NCBI GenBank assembly: GCA_965113315.1
Contig: OZ220374.1
Direction: 5' to 3' (one strand)
DNA: 64,000 bases
From: Podarcis vaucheri
Lineage: Eukaryota
Under the pieces are notes generated by a model. It searched no databases. It worked only from the letters and a program-made list of their open reading frames with translations, and was not told the origin of the DNA. Every line of letters starts with the position of its first letter. Positions within the stretch are counted from its first letter, which is position 1. A program made the position numbers and the translations under genes. Below are positions 23,037 through 35,567 of the stretch, in pieces.

Positions 23037-25182
23037 GTATTTTGTATTTTATTTTATTAAGCTCTGTTTCTTTTATATTACTAATATCCTGGTTTTTGTA
23101 TAAATATACTTTTAAATGATGTTTCTTTAAGATTTCGTAGTGGCTCCTTTCCTCTTCTTTTAAATATTGTGCAATTATGGCACTATGGTAAGAGTAAATT
23201 ACTCTAAATCATTCTTTCAAATGCTGTAAGATAATCTTCCCTTTATTTTACAAGGTATGTTTTAATATTAAAAACCAAGTATTTTAAGCAGAATTTATTG
23301 TTAATGTTTTGTGTATTTCTACTGAAGTTAGGTTGAACTCATTCCTATCTGCTGTTATAATTTTTCTTGAAATAATTTTTAATGAAATAAATATGCAAAA
23401 AATGAATTCACAGAACCAAACTCACTCAAGGTGAATTACATTTGCAAAATTATATTGTACATAATGGAACTAATTATAAATTGAGTATATGTTATTTAAA
23501 AACTAGTATCAAACTACTGTTTCAGCAAGAACAATGTCTGGTAAGGTGCAGCCAGTTCCCAAAGATTCTTTTAAAAAGTACAATTCCTTCCATGGATTAT
23601 CTATGGATCCACTAACAAATCTCCATTCAGTGATTTTGAGGATTTCAATAATTTGGGTTTGGCAGTTACTACAGAATTCTTTAATTTATATAGGTTGAAA
23701 TAATTAGCATTTGTCTCACCTGATAGCATGCCATGTTTTGTGCATTTGTGTTTCTGAAAATGAAGGGCCATATATGACAAAAAAGAAACCACATGATTCA
23801 TGTGGAGCAGCTGCAGGTATAAATTCTGATGGTTTAATGTTTAAAACATGGCAGGTGGGACACGGAACACTACTGACAGACTTGCAATGCACTTTGAAGC
23901 CACTGCACTAAATGTTAGCGGAAGTTAGTTGATCTTTTCTCACACCCCACACTTTTGCAAGGTATAGAAAGTACATACTTTAGCCAACATCTCTTTGTTC
24001 GTAACTGCCTTTTAAAGAAACCTCTTCACTGCTGAAACTTGGCAACTAGATCAGCGTACCTTCTTTAGACGTCATTGGCACCATAACTTTTGAAGGTGTT
24101 TGTACTTGTGTGCTCACACTGGAAAATAGCGCAGCCAGAACAGAAAGTACAGCAGGTCCACCATCAAGGCATTGGAAATGATTTATAGGAAAAGCATATG
24201 GAAATACCTGCTGTCCTTAAAATGAACATGCTTTCCATGTGGCTTTCAGTGATGGTTGCCTCTTCTGCAGCATCTGTGTCATATTTCTTGCCTGTAAAAC
24301 ATTTGCCACATTTATGTTCTGTATAATTGCTACACTGAATATTTTATGTATGTTTATTCTTATAAAAGAGTTTTGGAACACTGCATAAAACCATGTCATT
24401 TTTCAGATTCAAAAAGCATGTGAACCTGTTCAGTGCTATACATCTGGTAGGAACCCACCTTTCTCACTCGGTTTAAGAAATAGTAAAATGATCACTGTAA
24501 AATGGTCATCAGGTAGGTGAAATGTATTCAGAACTCAGGCCTTTAAATTTCAGTAATCAGGGTGGGGAAGCAGGTAGTCAAAACGTCCACCACTTGGAAT
24601 TCCTAAACATGTTGCTGCAACCTCTGTTTCTAGGGGAGGCCCCCCCCCCTTGGGCACCTGCCAGTGCACTGGACTTATTTTGTCACACAATTCAGTAAGG
24701 GCCACTGAGAACCTAAGAGCCTTTATCTCTTCCCCATCTTTCATCTAATCCACATGGCCCTGTGCCACCTTGCTCATGCTACAGCACGAGGAGATTTTTA
24801 AAGGTTGTAATCGGCAAAAAACCGAAAGCACCACTGCATTCATGAAGCTTCCAGTCTGCACTTTCAACAAATCCGCTCCACTTCCCAGTGGGGAGGGTTA
24901 GGACCAAATGGCCACCCACTCCCCACTGGGGGGGGGGGGCGTTTCTGGGATCGTTTAAATCAGAGCCGGAAGGCTTCTTCTTTGGCTCGCTTCCTCAATC
25001 ACCCGACCTCCCTATTTTGCAGGTTTAGGCACTGGCCTTGCTATAGACCTCGGTTGGTTGCCATTGAGGGGCCTGGTAGGAATTTTTCCACTTGGCAAAT
25101 TGGCACCGGCCATGTGGTTTTTGCCTACCTCGTAGCAATCGTCACAACTTTGTTAGGGTTGTGGTTAGGCATTGTTTGACCT

Positions 25183-25549
25183 TGTGATGGGGGAGGGAAG
25201 GGGAGGTGTGGCCATCACCTGCCCCTCCAAGCTTAAGGGTATTCCGTTAAAGGAATCCAGAGGTGTTGATCTTGTCCGGGGGCCAGGGCCATGAGATGAC
25301 CCCGACAGGGGGAGCTCAAGTTGGTATGGATTGGGCTCCCCCTTCCGGTGGTTTACCCTTACCGGACTTCCTGCGCATCGGGCAGGAGTCAGATATAGTC
25401 GGGTCCATTCAGTGCCTAAGCCAATACCTCTCACATTCTGTAATCAATAAAGTTGTGGCCAAATTTGCCCAATAACATAAACCTAATATCCGTGTCCTTG
25501 TGTGTGTTATTTCCCAATTGGGGGGGGGGTTGCTACGGGGTCTTGACAC
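25183..25549 (+). mobile_element. Possible solo LTR
   Basis: TG...CA-like ends, GC/CpG-rich body, internal AATAAA near 25447; no clear TSD. Confidence 0.4.
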
Positions 25550-25674
25550 ACAACTCTTGTTCCGTTCTCAACGTTACCAGGGCAGCATTCCATGCAGGAC
25601 ATAGCAGCAATGCTGCAAAGGTAGAGCTTGATACAGACCATTCTCAACAAATACAATTACTCCTTGTACTAGCA

Positions 25675-25883
25675 CAGGGGTCAGCAACAGACCATGTGGT
25701 GGGCCAGACTATATTGGGGGGGGGGGTGAATGAATTCCTATGCTCCACAAATAACCCAGAGATGCATTTTAAATAAAAGGACACATTCTACTCATGTAAA
25801 AACACTGATTCCCAGACCGCAGGCCGGATTGAGAAGGCAATTGGGCCGTATTCGGCCCCCAGGCCTTAGTTTGCGTACGCATG
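25675..25883. mobile_element. hAT-type MITE
   Basis: CAGGGGTCAGCAAC left end, degenerate right TIR; 8-bp TSD tactagca. Confidence 0.75.
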
Positions 25884-27982
25884 TACTAGCACCTTTAGCA
25901 CCAGCTCATCGACTTTCACTAGCCTTCCTCTTTTCCTCTGAAAGTGGAAATAAGAAACCACAGTCTTCATGGTGCACTGTCCCCTTTCAGCTGAAGCCCA
26001 GTGCCATAAGGAATCTGGGGAGGATCCCAGAGGGTCAGAGACTGCCCTCTCCCAAGACTTGTGATATATTGCATCAGGTTGCCTTAGAGCTTCATATGAA
26101 TTTCGAGGAAGCTATCTATCTTAACACATTGTACACCAGTAAACCAACATTCATCTCAGTTGCAGTATTGAGTCTGCTAATGCTTTTATGGGTTGCTAAT
26201 GAGAAAATCTGAACTACAGTTGAATGACCAAATTAACGTAACAGAGAACTAATAATGTATTGCCAATTGCTTTGCTTGCACAAATAAAGGTTCCTTATCA
26301 GAACTTAAGAAGAGCCTGCTGTATCAGGCCAATAGCCCATCGAGTCCAGCATCCTGTTGTCACAGCGGCCAACCAGATGCCTGTGGGAAACCCACAAACA
26401 CGGCCTGAGCTCAAGAACATTCTCCCTTCCCTTGGCTTTCAGCAGTTGGTATCCGGAAGATTTACTGCCTCCAGCTGTTGGAGGTAGAGCAGAGTCATTG
26501 TGGCTAGTAACCACCAATAGCTATGAATTTGTCTACCCTTTTAAAGCTGTGAAGTCCTTAATCTCAGGGCTGTGGGTTCAAGCCCCATGTTGAGTGAAAG
26601 ATTCCTGCATAGCAGAGGGTTGGGCTAGATGATTCTCGTGGTCCCTTCCAATTCTATTATTTTATTTATTAAGTTGGTGGCCATCACTGCCTCCTGGGAG
26701 AGTTGAGTTCCATATTTTGACTATGCTCCATGAAGAAGTACTTCCTTTTATCTATCCTTGGTTTTGCATCTAGTAGATCTTAAGCACCAAAGCAGCCTAC
26801 CATGAGGAAACCCATGAAACATATTTTCCTTTTTAAAGAGCAGATTACATATAAAATTACTTACCTCATACATGGCCACCATAATAATTTGCATGCTGTT
26901 TTGCCCACAGCCTGCTCACAAAATGCTTCAGGGAGGCTAACTTTGCCCTTGCAGCCAAGTTTTCCTATGAATGTAGATTTAAAATGCATAATTAGTTGCT
27001 CATGAAATCCACTTAAATTAATTGATGTAGGTAGAAGTGTGATATTTAAGAAATTACAAGTGGATTTGAGCTCTCTAATTCAGTGGTAGAGCTCATCCTT
27101 TGCATACAGGTCTCGGCTTCAGTTCCCAACTTCTCCAGGTAGGGAAAGAATGGCTGCTGTCTGAAACCCTTGGAGCAATGGTCTTTCTGATACAACTGGG
27201 CTTCCAATCTCACCATTCTTGGCCAGCATGGCCAGTGGTCAGGTGCTAGGTGAGTTTTGGCCCAATATTTGACGGGCCAACCATTCCCAATCTCTGGCAA
27301 AGCCATTACAGAGCTAGATGTACGAATGGTTTGACTCAGTATACATAAAATCTTACATAGGAAACAGAAATAGGAACAGTCTTTCAAGTTGTGGCTGTTA
27401 AGATGGCTTCAGTTTAGAACAAAGTAGCCTAACAGAGTTGATAGGTGAAGAAAATCAGCACCAGCCTACACCACCTGATGTGGCTTCACTGTGACATGCA
27501 AAACAGTTCACAAGGGACAAAAAAACACAGGAGACAGAGACTATGCACTTAATACTGCTCTCAAGGGATTTCAATCACCACCACGCCAGTTATGCTGGTG
27601 CAACGATTTCCTTTCAGCAGGAGAGTAAGCAGTTCAAGGAAAAGCAACAAATGCTCAGTCTTCCCCACTCAGCCAGTTCTCTATATTGTAATTCCAATTT
27701 CTCCAAGTGCCCTTCCTTATGCAGCTAAGAAGAGCAACAGACACATGTAAGAGAGAGGTAGCAGCAGACTTGATGACACCAAGGTTTGCAGGAGGACAAA
27801 GTAGTCTTTAGAGGAGTAGGGACTCCAAGAGGGGACCCCAAAACAGCTCAAGGAGAACTGAGTTTGCATGCTGAGCAATGATGCGGAGGGAAGGGGGGGG
27901 GCAATGTGAGCTTTCTAGAGAACCAGATGAAATGCAAGACCTGCCCGGGGGGTGGCGGGCTACTAAAATTTTAATCGGAACC

Positions 27983-29182
27983 GTGGAAGAATGGCAAATG
28001 AAGGTGATGGACTACATGGAATTGGCAGAAATGACTGGCAGAATCCGAGATCAGGGAGAAGAGTCGGTGAAAGAAGATTGGAAGAAATTCAAAGACTATT
28101 TACAGAAATATTGTAAAATTAACGAATGTTAGAATGATGTTGGGTAGAAATTAAGTGGTTTCCAACTGCAATGCTTTAAGAGACATGAAAAAAAGGTTTA
28201 TAAATGGGTAAAAGCTTAATGGCAAGGATTTGCTGAACTAACAAATTGAAGTGGAATACAAAAAAGGGAGGTATGAGGAGGTCCGGGGAAATAAGTGTAA
28301 GAAAAATATGCAACGGAAAATTAAGGTGTTTTTAACTGTTTTTATTTTGTATTTTTTCTTGTATTTTTTCATTTTTACTGTAATAGCTTAAAATTTTTAA
28401 TAAATATTGTCAGGGGTTCAGGAGCAGAGGCGAGGGCAAGGGAGGAAACAGAGAGCGAGGGGGAGGAGGCAGAAGAAAAGATGAGTGATGACGACGACCC
28501 GAGATCTCCGAGTCTTTCCAGTGAATCAGAAGATTCACAGGAAGGAGCGCCAGTGGCCAGAGCAAGGGGGGAGCTTAGGGGGACACCCCAGGAAGAAGGG
28601 TCCAGAGGGGGCTCAGAGAGCAGCAGTTGGAAATCGGGGCTAGCATCACCAACAGAACGTAGTGGAGAGGAAGGGCGCCAGGTACCGAGCTCTGGCAGCT
28701 CGCAGCAGGAGGGAGGGCATGAATCAGGAGTGGCCACACCTCCATCGGGGAGCGAGGAAACGGTCAGGCGGCAAGTGGAAGGTTGGGCGCGCGCGCCAAG
28801 TTCAAATACACAGGAAGGTGAAGCAGTAAGCAGCCCGGAAAGGGAGCCAGGTCCTAAAGCCCGACGCAAGGAGACAGAAGGGTCCGGGGGGTCAGCGTCA
28901 GAAGCGTCCAGAAAGGAAGAGACCACGGGGGGCAGAGGGACCCAGAGAAGAACGGTCAGGCGAAAAAGGTGGAGTAAGGCTAGGGTACTTAGCTGGTGTA
29001 CAGGGGGCGGAGACTCAGACGGAGCTTCGCCGGTCTAACCCATAAGACGTAGAGTTGCACGCAGCAGCTTGAGAATGGAAACTGTAATTCAATAAAGACT
29101 TTTACTAAGTAACCGCTGGCTAGCGTGATCCTCTGTGAGCTAGGATCTTGAAGCAGCTCTGACAAATATCTTATATATATAA
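27983..29182 (+). mobile_element. 5'-truncated L1-like LINE 3' end, interrupted by a solo LTR
   Basis: [24 protein letters not shown]...WKKFKDY matches the 56025 ORF; TSD aaaat(t/a)ttaatcggaacc (27965-27982 / 29183-29200). Confidence 0.82.
28408..29164 (+). mobile_element. Solo LTR (Gypsy-like) containing a long ORF
   Basis: TGTCAG...CTGACA termini; 5-bp TSD aatat; AATAAA at 29091. Confidence 0.85.
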
Positions 29183-30936
29183 AAAATATTAATCGGAACC
29201 AAATGGTACGGGTTGAGGGACTATTTCCTGCAGGTCCCAAGTAGTCTAGGAGGAGACGAATACCTGAATGACTGCTGCAAAGGCCAAATCTGAGGGGCAA
29301 ATTTGTCTTATTGCCAGGTGGACTTGACAAAAAGGTCTTCAAGCTGTTGCAGAAACCACTGGGTAATTCGGTTAAAGTGTGGTGCTGAGAACGCCAGGTT
29401 CCCAGGTTCAGGCCCCATCGGGGACGGCCACATGTCTTATTCCTGCAATGCAGGGGGTTACACAAGTGGTTCTCAGGGTCCCCTTCTAACTATGATTCCA
29501 TGAAACTGGCCCCTGATAGAGGAAAGTGTACTAAAGCTTGTGAAACAGTGGGTAGAATGTGCATCCATCTCCATCTCTCTCTTGCCTCAGGATCACAAGA
29601 GCAGCCATCTATTTTGGTCCCAGGTGGGAATGAGCTGTTTGTTGGTGTTGGTGTTGTTGATGATGATGATGACATTATGCTCATCTGACTGGATTGCCCC
29701 AGCCACTTCGGGCGGCTTTCAACAAATTAAAATAGAACATCAAAATAAAATCTGCCTACTTGCAATGAGTAACAAAAACACACAAATTTGTCCTTTGCTG
29801 CCATCTTGTGTTGGGCTATTGAATAACTCCCAATTATTTGAAGTTTGATATGCTGTATTCATCAACCTAGGTGGAATCTACACACGTTTAAAACTTTCTC
29901 TTGTTGTGAAAATGTTTTTTTCCCCAAATCACTTTGAAAAATGCATTGAATTTGCTATAGCTCCAAGTTGCCATCTAGTACCACAATTGTATATTTCACT
30001 TTACAACACGTTCAAAATGTTTTATTTGAAGCTGTATAGCTGAGTCTCTAGTTTGACTATTTCCTAAATTCACTTTTATATATTAATTTCACTGTTTTAT
30101 ATTAATTTTTGGTTTTGACATTAGAAATGGCAGTGTACAATAGCAAACAATGTACTTTTTGTTATAGAGAAATGGTGCATAATTTCATATACAATTAAAG
30201 GGTAAATATTTTAGACCTTTTAAATAACATTTAATGAACTCTGACTTTATTTGATATCTGATCTTCATTGGTATTTTGCTTTGGTTTTTGATAGTTTGCA
30301 TAAGCAGGGTAAATATTATGGTGTCATCCATCACACAGTAATAAGTACTGGACATCATAGCGTGTCAAGTATCAAAGATATGAAATAATATTGAGCATTT
30401 ACTACAATTTGATCACTGTTGCATCATAATACTTTCTGTATTGACAATATTTGAGACACTGAACACAGTCTTGTTCAGTAGCTGATGATACTGAAAGCTA
30501 GCATTCAATAGTGTCTAGCGGCTTACCAACAACATGCACTGTCGTTTTTGAGGTAAAATATCATGTTCAAATTTCCAGTGCAATACATAACTATATATTA
30601 GTTGTGGCCATAAAACTTGAGAAAATACACTTGCCATTTAAGATAAGAACAAAAATGATTAAATCATATTGAAATATCACTTAATTTCTGCTTACTCAGA
30701 TTTCAAATTTAACAGTTTCCAACAGGTATCTGGTTGGCCACTGTGAAATTCAGAATTTGACAAAAATTTGAAATTTTGTCACATTTCAAAAGTTTGCAAT
30801 TTATTTATTTTTTGGTTCCAGGTGTAGTTTGTTTCTTCCCTGACACAAATATGAAATATACCAGAAAAGAGGTACAATGATTATTACTATCACATCTCAA
30901 ACACCTCCTTGTTTTAAGAATGGCTGATGCATCACT

Positions 30937-31087
30937 TACAGATAGGTAGCCGTGTTGGTCTGCCATAGTCAAAATAAAAAAAATTTCCTTCCAGTAGCAC
31001 CTTAAAGACCAGCTAAGTTAGTTCTTGGTATGAGCTTTCGTGTCCATACTGGTCTTTAAGGTGCTACTGGAAGGATTTTTTTTATTT
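30937..31087. mobile_element. Penelope-like fragment with inverted (fold-back) structure
   Basis: ccttccagtagcaccttaaagacca and its reverse complement; 12-bp TSD tgatgcatcact. Confidence 0.78.
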
Positions 31088-31827
31088 TGATGCATCACTG
31101 TTTTTCAAAGAAATGTTCTTCATTGCTAGGGCTGTTTAAAAATATCAAAGTCCTTTTGTGTTATAATTGCTGTGTCAGACACAGTCTTCCTGTGGTTTTA
31201 CTATTTTCCTGTTTCTTCTGTGGTCCAGCATTAACATTGACAGTTTTGTCAGGCTCACACCAGTAAAACCACCGCAACCTTAATGCCAGATTTCTTTGAG
31301 TCTTCATATTAAAATTCCTCTTGTCGTTCCATATTTTTGTCATTCTGTCAACAGCTTTGTGCAGTGCTAGTGGCTTAAGCTGGCTGCTTTCCAAGAGATC
31401 AAGACAGAGGACATTGGTAAAACAAAAACACCCAGTGCCCTACTTCCTAAAACCATTCATATGACAGGGAGGGATTTGATTGGAAAATTTGATTCCATTA
31501 ATAAAAAAAACTGGCCAAGTTTAACTTGTTTGCCAACTTAAAAGAGAAACCCCAAACTATATACACCTTTCTCTTCAGATATTTGCCATCCAAATTTTTT
31601 TTTTTTGGGGGGGAGGAGTTTATATTGAAAGACAACTCAATATCTTAGAAATATAATTATTCCTAGGATATTTCCAAATTAAAGTCTGTGTGAAGGCAGG
31701 ACGATCGTTTCACTGTTTTTCAAAGGCACCCTCCTCCCCGGATGAGAAGTCGCCTCCTGCAAATAGGGAAATATAAAGCACCATTCCATTTGCCAAAAGG
31801 TCATGTATCAGGGTATGCATAGCCATC

Positions 31828-32310
31828 TGTGGTGTTTGCCCGTTTGTTTAGAAAATGTCTGTACAGGGGAGAGAGAAAGGGTTAAAATGTAGACCAATAG
31901 GAAAGCCGGAGGCGGAGCCTACCTGTTTATAAAAAGGGGTTAGCTCAAGGTTTGGGTGTGGGTAGTTGGTTGGTTGGTTGGTTGGTTGGTTGGTTGGGAA
32001 AGGCAGTTGGAAAAGCAGTTGGCAGGCAGTTGGAAATAGAGAGACCGTTGGTGCAGTGGGTTCTTGTGTGTGGGGAGGTAGAAGAGTTAGAGACAGGATA
32101 AAAATAAGACTAAGAAGGTAAAGAGTAACAACATTTTGAATGCAGTTAAAGTTTGTTTGTGTCTGCAATAAACGACACTCTTCTTTGTTGGCTTGAGAAC
32201 CTGACTGAGACTAAGTGATCTACCGGGGAGGACCTGGTTGGTGGCAGCGGATTAGTGGTGGACGGGTCAATAGTCCGTGAGATGACCGGAGGCTCCGTAC
32301 GAACGCCACA
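31828..32310 (+). mobile_element. Solo LTR
   Basis: TGTGGTGTT...AACGCCACA inverted ends; TSD ccatc/ccacc; CCAAT, TATAAAA (about 31928) and AATAAA (32167); internal (TTGG)n. Confidence 0.8.
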
Positions 32311-33145
32311 CCACCCTTTCTAAGCTAGTCACTGATGACTAGCTTAGGGGTGAAGGAGCTCTCCTTGCACTTTTGCATCTGATCTAGGATTTAGGGGTGT
32401 GCGATCAGGGTGCATGCACTGGGGCACTGAGCCAAGAGGGCACCATCTTAAAGCCCGGTCAGTGAGACACCAGGCTTGGCGAATGAGGCATGAGGGTCTG
32501 ACAGGGTCCTAGAGTCCTCCCGCCTCCTTCCCAAAACCTAGGGAGAATCTACACTCACATTTTTTAATGCTAAAAAAAAAGGTTCAGGAATGGTTCTGAT
32601 AACCATATAGCCATGTGACGTTCATTTTTAATGTTAATGTGTTATTAAAATGTGGTGCCAGAGGGCACTGCAGAGCAACACCCCCCCTCCAAAAACCAGG
32701 TAGACCTTGTGGAATGGGACTTTTTCTGTCTTGATGTTTTGGAACGGTATCTTTAATATCGTTCTGATAAAAGGTCGCATGTAGATCCAGCCCTCATTAG
32801 CACTTTTCCAGCTTTGGGAAGGAGGGAGGGCGGCTTTAGGACCCTGCCAGAGCCTCACTCCTCCTTACCAAAGCTGGGTACCTCCTTATCTGCCCTTTTG
32901 AAGTGTGTTGGGGGAAGGGGGTTTATTGGGTTATTTTTGTTTGTTTTTGTTTTTAATGCATTTTGTGTTACAATCACCTCAAGACTATAATCGCCTCAAG
33001 ACTTGTGGGTATAGGGCAGTATACTAACTAACTAACTAACTAACTAACTAGCTAACTAATTTGGGAAAGCAGCACGAGGGCTGGGGAGGGCATCACATTT
33101 TGGCTTCACACAGGATGCTATTGTATCAAAGTCCGCCACTGATTA

Positions 33146-33314
33146 CCGTATTTTTTGCACCACAACACTCACTTTTTTCCTCCTAAAAAGTAAGGGGAAA
33201 TGTCTGTGCGTGTTATGGAGGGAATGCCTACAGGTGGCATGCCTACGGATTTTCCTCCTCTAAAAACTACGTGCGTGTTATGGTCAGGTGCGTGTTCTAG
33301 AGCGAAAAATATGG
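33146..33314. mobile_element. Tc1/mariner-type MITE
   Basis: TIR CCGTATTTTT / AAAAATATGG; TA flanks. Confidence 0.7.
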
Positions 33315-34614
33315 TATATGCTGCCCACTAGGTTAATATCAATTTACCATTTTGTCCACTTTCTCTTTGATTTTCTTTGCTACTTTGGGGGAACTTCAAA
33401 CAGAGCTTGTTCACCTTTGGTGTGGGGTGAGTTACAGCAAAAGTGTTTTTGGAACTAAATCTTAAATGTATTTAGGAAAGAGAATTTTTTTTAAAAAAAA
33501 CAAAAAACGATGGCCCACATTTTCCGCTAGGGGGAGTGATCCCTGCATTCAGAGCGACGCAACAAAACATCAAAACTGGGACTGCAGCAACACTCAATGA
33601 ATTGATAGCATTACAAATTGCTCCTCGGTTTAAGAAGCTTCCAGTTAGCCTTTGCAGTTGTTTTTTTTACAAGGCGCATCTTGCATCTAAAATGGAGCTG
33701 AAGAGAGACCCTGTGTGTACAAGACTGAAGGAATAAAGCTTTGTGATGGAACTGAAAGCCTCCTTATCTCAGCTGGAGTTGGCACTAGTCATTATATCCA
33801 TAAAAATCACCCTTCAGCATCCGACGTCTTGATGAAGTGCTCTCTGCCTGCCCTGCTGGAGCTGACACAGAGCATGGAAGCTGCAGGGTCACAGAGAGCG
33901 GAAGCAAAGGTGGCCATGTGCAAACAGTGGCACACATGCAGACAGAGCCCCAGTTATTTTTTAATTAGGATTGTGGCAATGTCATCATTACAAGCCAGAT
34001 ATTCAGAAGATATTCTGTCAGATATTCAGAAGAAGCAACAATGCCTTTCTGTGTAGGCCAGGGAAAGGGGAGAGGAGGAATGAGTATGGTGTAGTGGTTA
34101 AAGTGCAGGCCTCAGAGCAGGGAGATCTTGGTACAAATCCTTGATCAGCCACAATGCACTCTCTCTCAGTCTAACTCACTTTGAAAGGCTGTTTTGAGCT
34201 TCTTGGACAAAGCATGAGATAAAAACGCAAATAATAATGAAGTCTCTGACCTGGCATATTTTCCCTCTTCAGTATGCAATGGTTTTGCAAAAGTGGAGCT
34301 TGATTAGCTATACTAAACTAAGTGATTCTTCATCCTTTCCTAGGAAGCTGCCTTGTTCCAGGTCAGACCATTTGTTCATCTGGCCAAGACCTGCCTACTC
34401 ATGACTAAGCAAAGAGGCCTTCACCCACCATCACCTGCTACCCGACCCATACAATTTTATTTCATAGCATTGTAGAGGGACCCCCAGGGTCATCTAGTCC
34501 AACCCCCTGCAATTATCTCCCACTTCTCCTCCAAGGAACTCAAAGTGACATGCATGATTCTGCCCATCCCACTTTTTTATTATTGTTAATATTATTAACT
34601 GAATGTATATACCG

Positions 34615-34973
34615 GTGTATGGACGCAGGTGGCGCTGTGGGTTAACTACAGAGCCTAGGACTTGCAGATCAGAAGGTTGGCGGTTCAAAACCCCGCGACG
34701 GGGCGAGCTCCTGTTGCTCGGTCCCTGCTCCTGCCAATCTAGCAGTTCGAAAGCACGTCAAAATGCAAGTAGATAAATAGGTACCGCTCCGGCGGGAAGG
34801 TAAACGGCGTTTCCATGCGCTGCTCTGGTTCACCAGAAGTGGCTTAGTCATGCTGGCCACATGACCCAGAAGCTGTATGCCGGCTCCCTTGGCCAATAAA
34901 GCGAGATGAGCGCCGCAACCTCAGAGTCGTCCACGACTGAACCTAACGGTCAGGGGTCCCTTTACCTTTACCT
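34615..34973 (+). mobile_element. Sauria SINE, second subfamily
   Basis: tRNA head, (ACCTTT) tail, TSD tataccg. Confidence 0.88.
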
Positions 34974-35040
34974 TATACCGCCCTATACCTGCAGGTCTCA
35001 GGATGGTTCACAGAGTAACACCCTGTGAGGTAGGTTAGGC

Positions 35041-35567
35041 CAGGGGTCTGCAACCCGCGGCTCCGGAGCCGCATGTGGCTCTTTTACACCTTTGCCGCGG
35101 CTCTGGGGCGGATACTAGCGAGGGGAAGGCGCATTGTGCGCCCCGACACTCCCCACTGTGGCGGGCGCTGTACTGGCTGTGACGTCGCATGGGGGCGGTG
35201 CGTGTGTTAGTCACGCACCGTCCCGACGTCACCTTCCCGCCCGCCTGCCCGCTACATTGTAAGGGGCATGAACGCTGGTCACTGCATTGAAAGGGGGCAT
35301 GTACGCTGGTCACTGCATTGAAAGGGGGCATGTACGCTGGTCACTGTTTTGAAGGGGAGTGAAGAACACACACACACACAAAGGTAACTTGTTAATTTAA
35401 CGTTTATTTCTATGAGGAGGAGTAATTCTGAGGGGTCAAACAAAGAAATAATAAAAAAGTGACAAAAAAGTTATTTTTATAATGACGAGTTTTGTGGCTC
35501 CCAGTTTTTTTTCCCTTCGGAAACGGGTCCAAGTGGCTCTTTTTGTCTTAAAGGTTGCAGACCCCTG
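35041..35567. mobile_element. hAT-type non-autonomous DNA transposon (same family as 12137)
   Basis: TIRs CAGGGGTCTGCAACC; 8-bp TSD ggttaggc. Confidence 0.9.
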
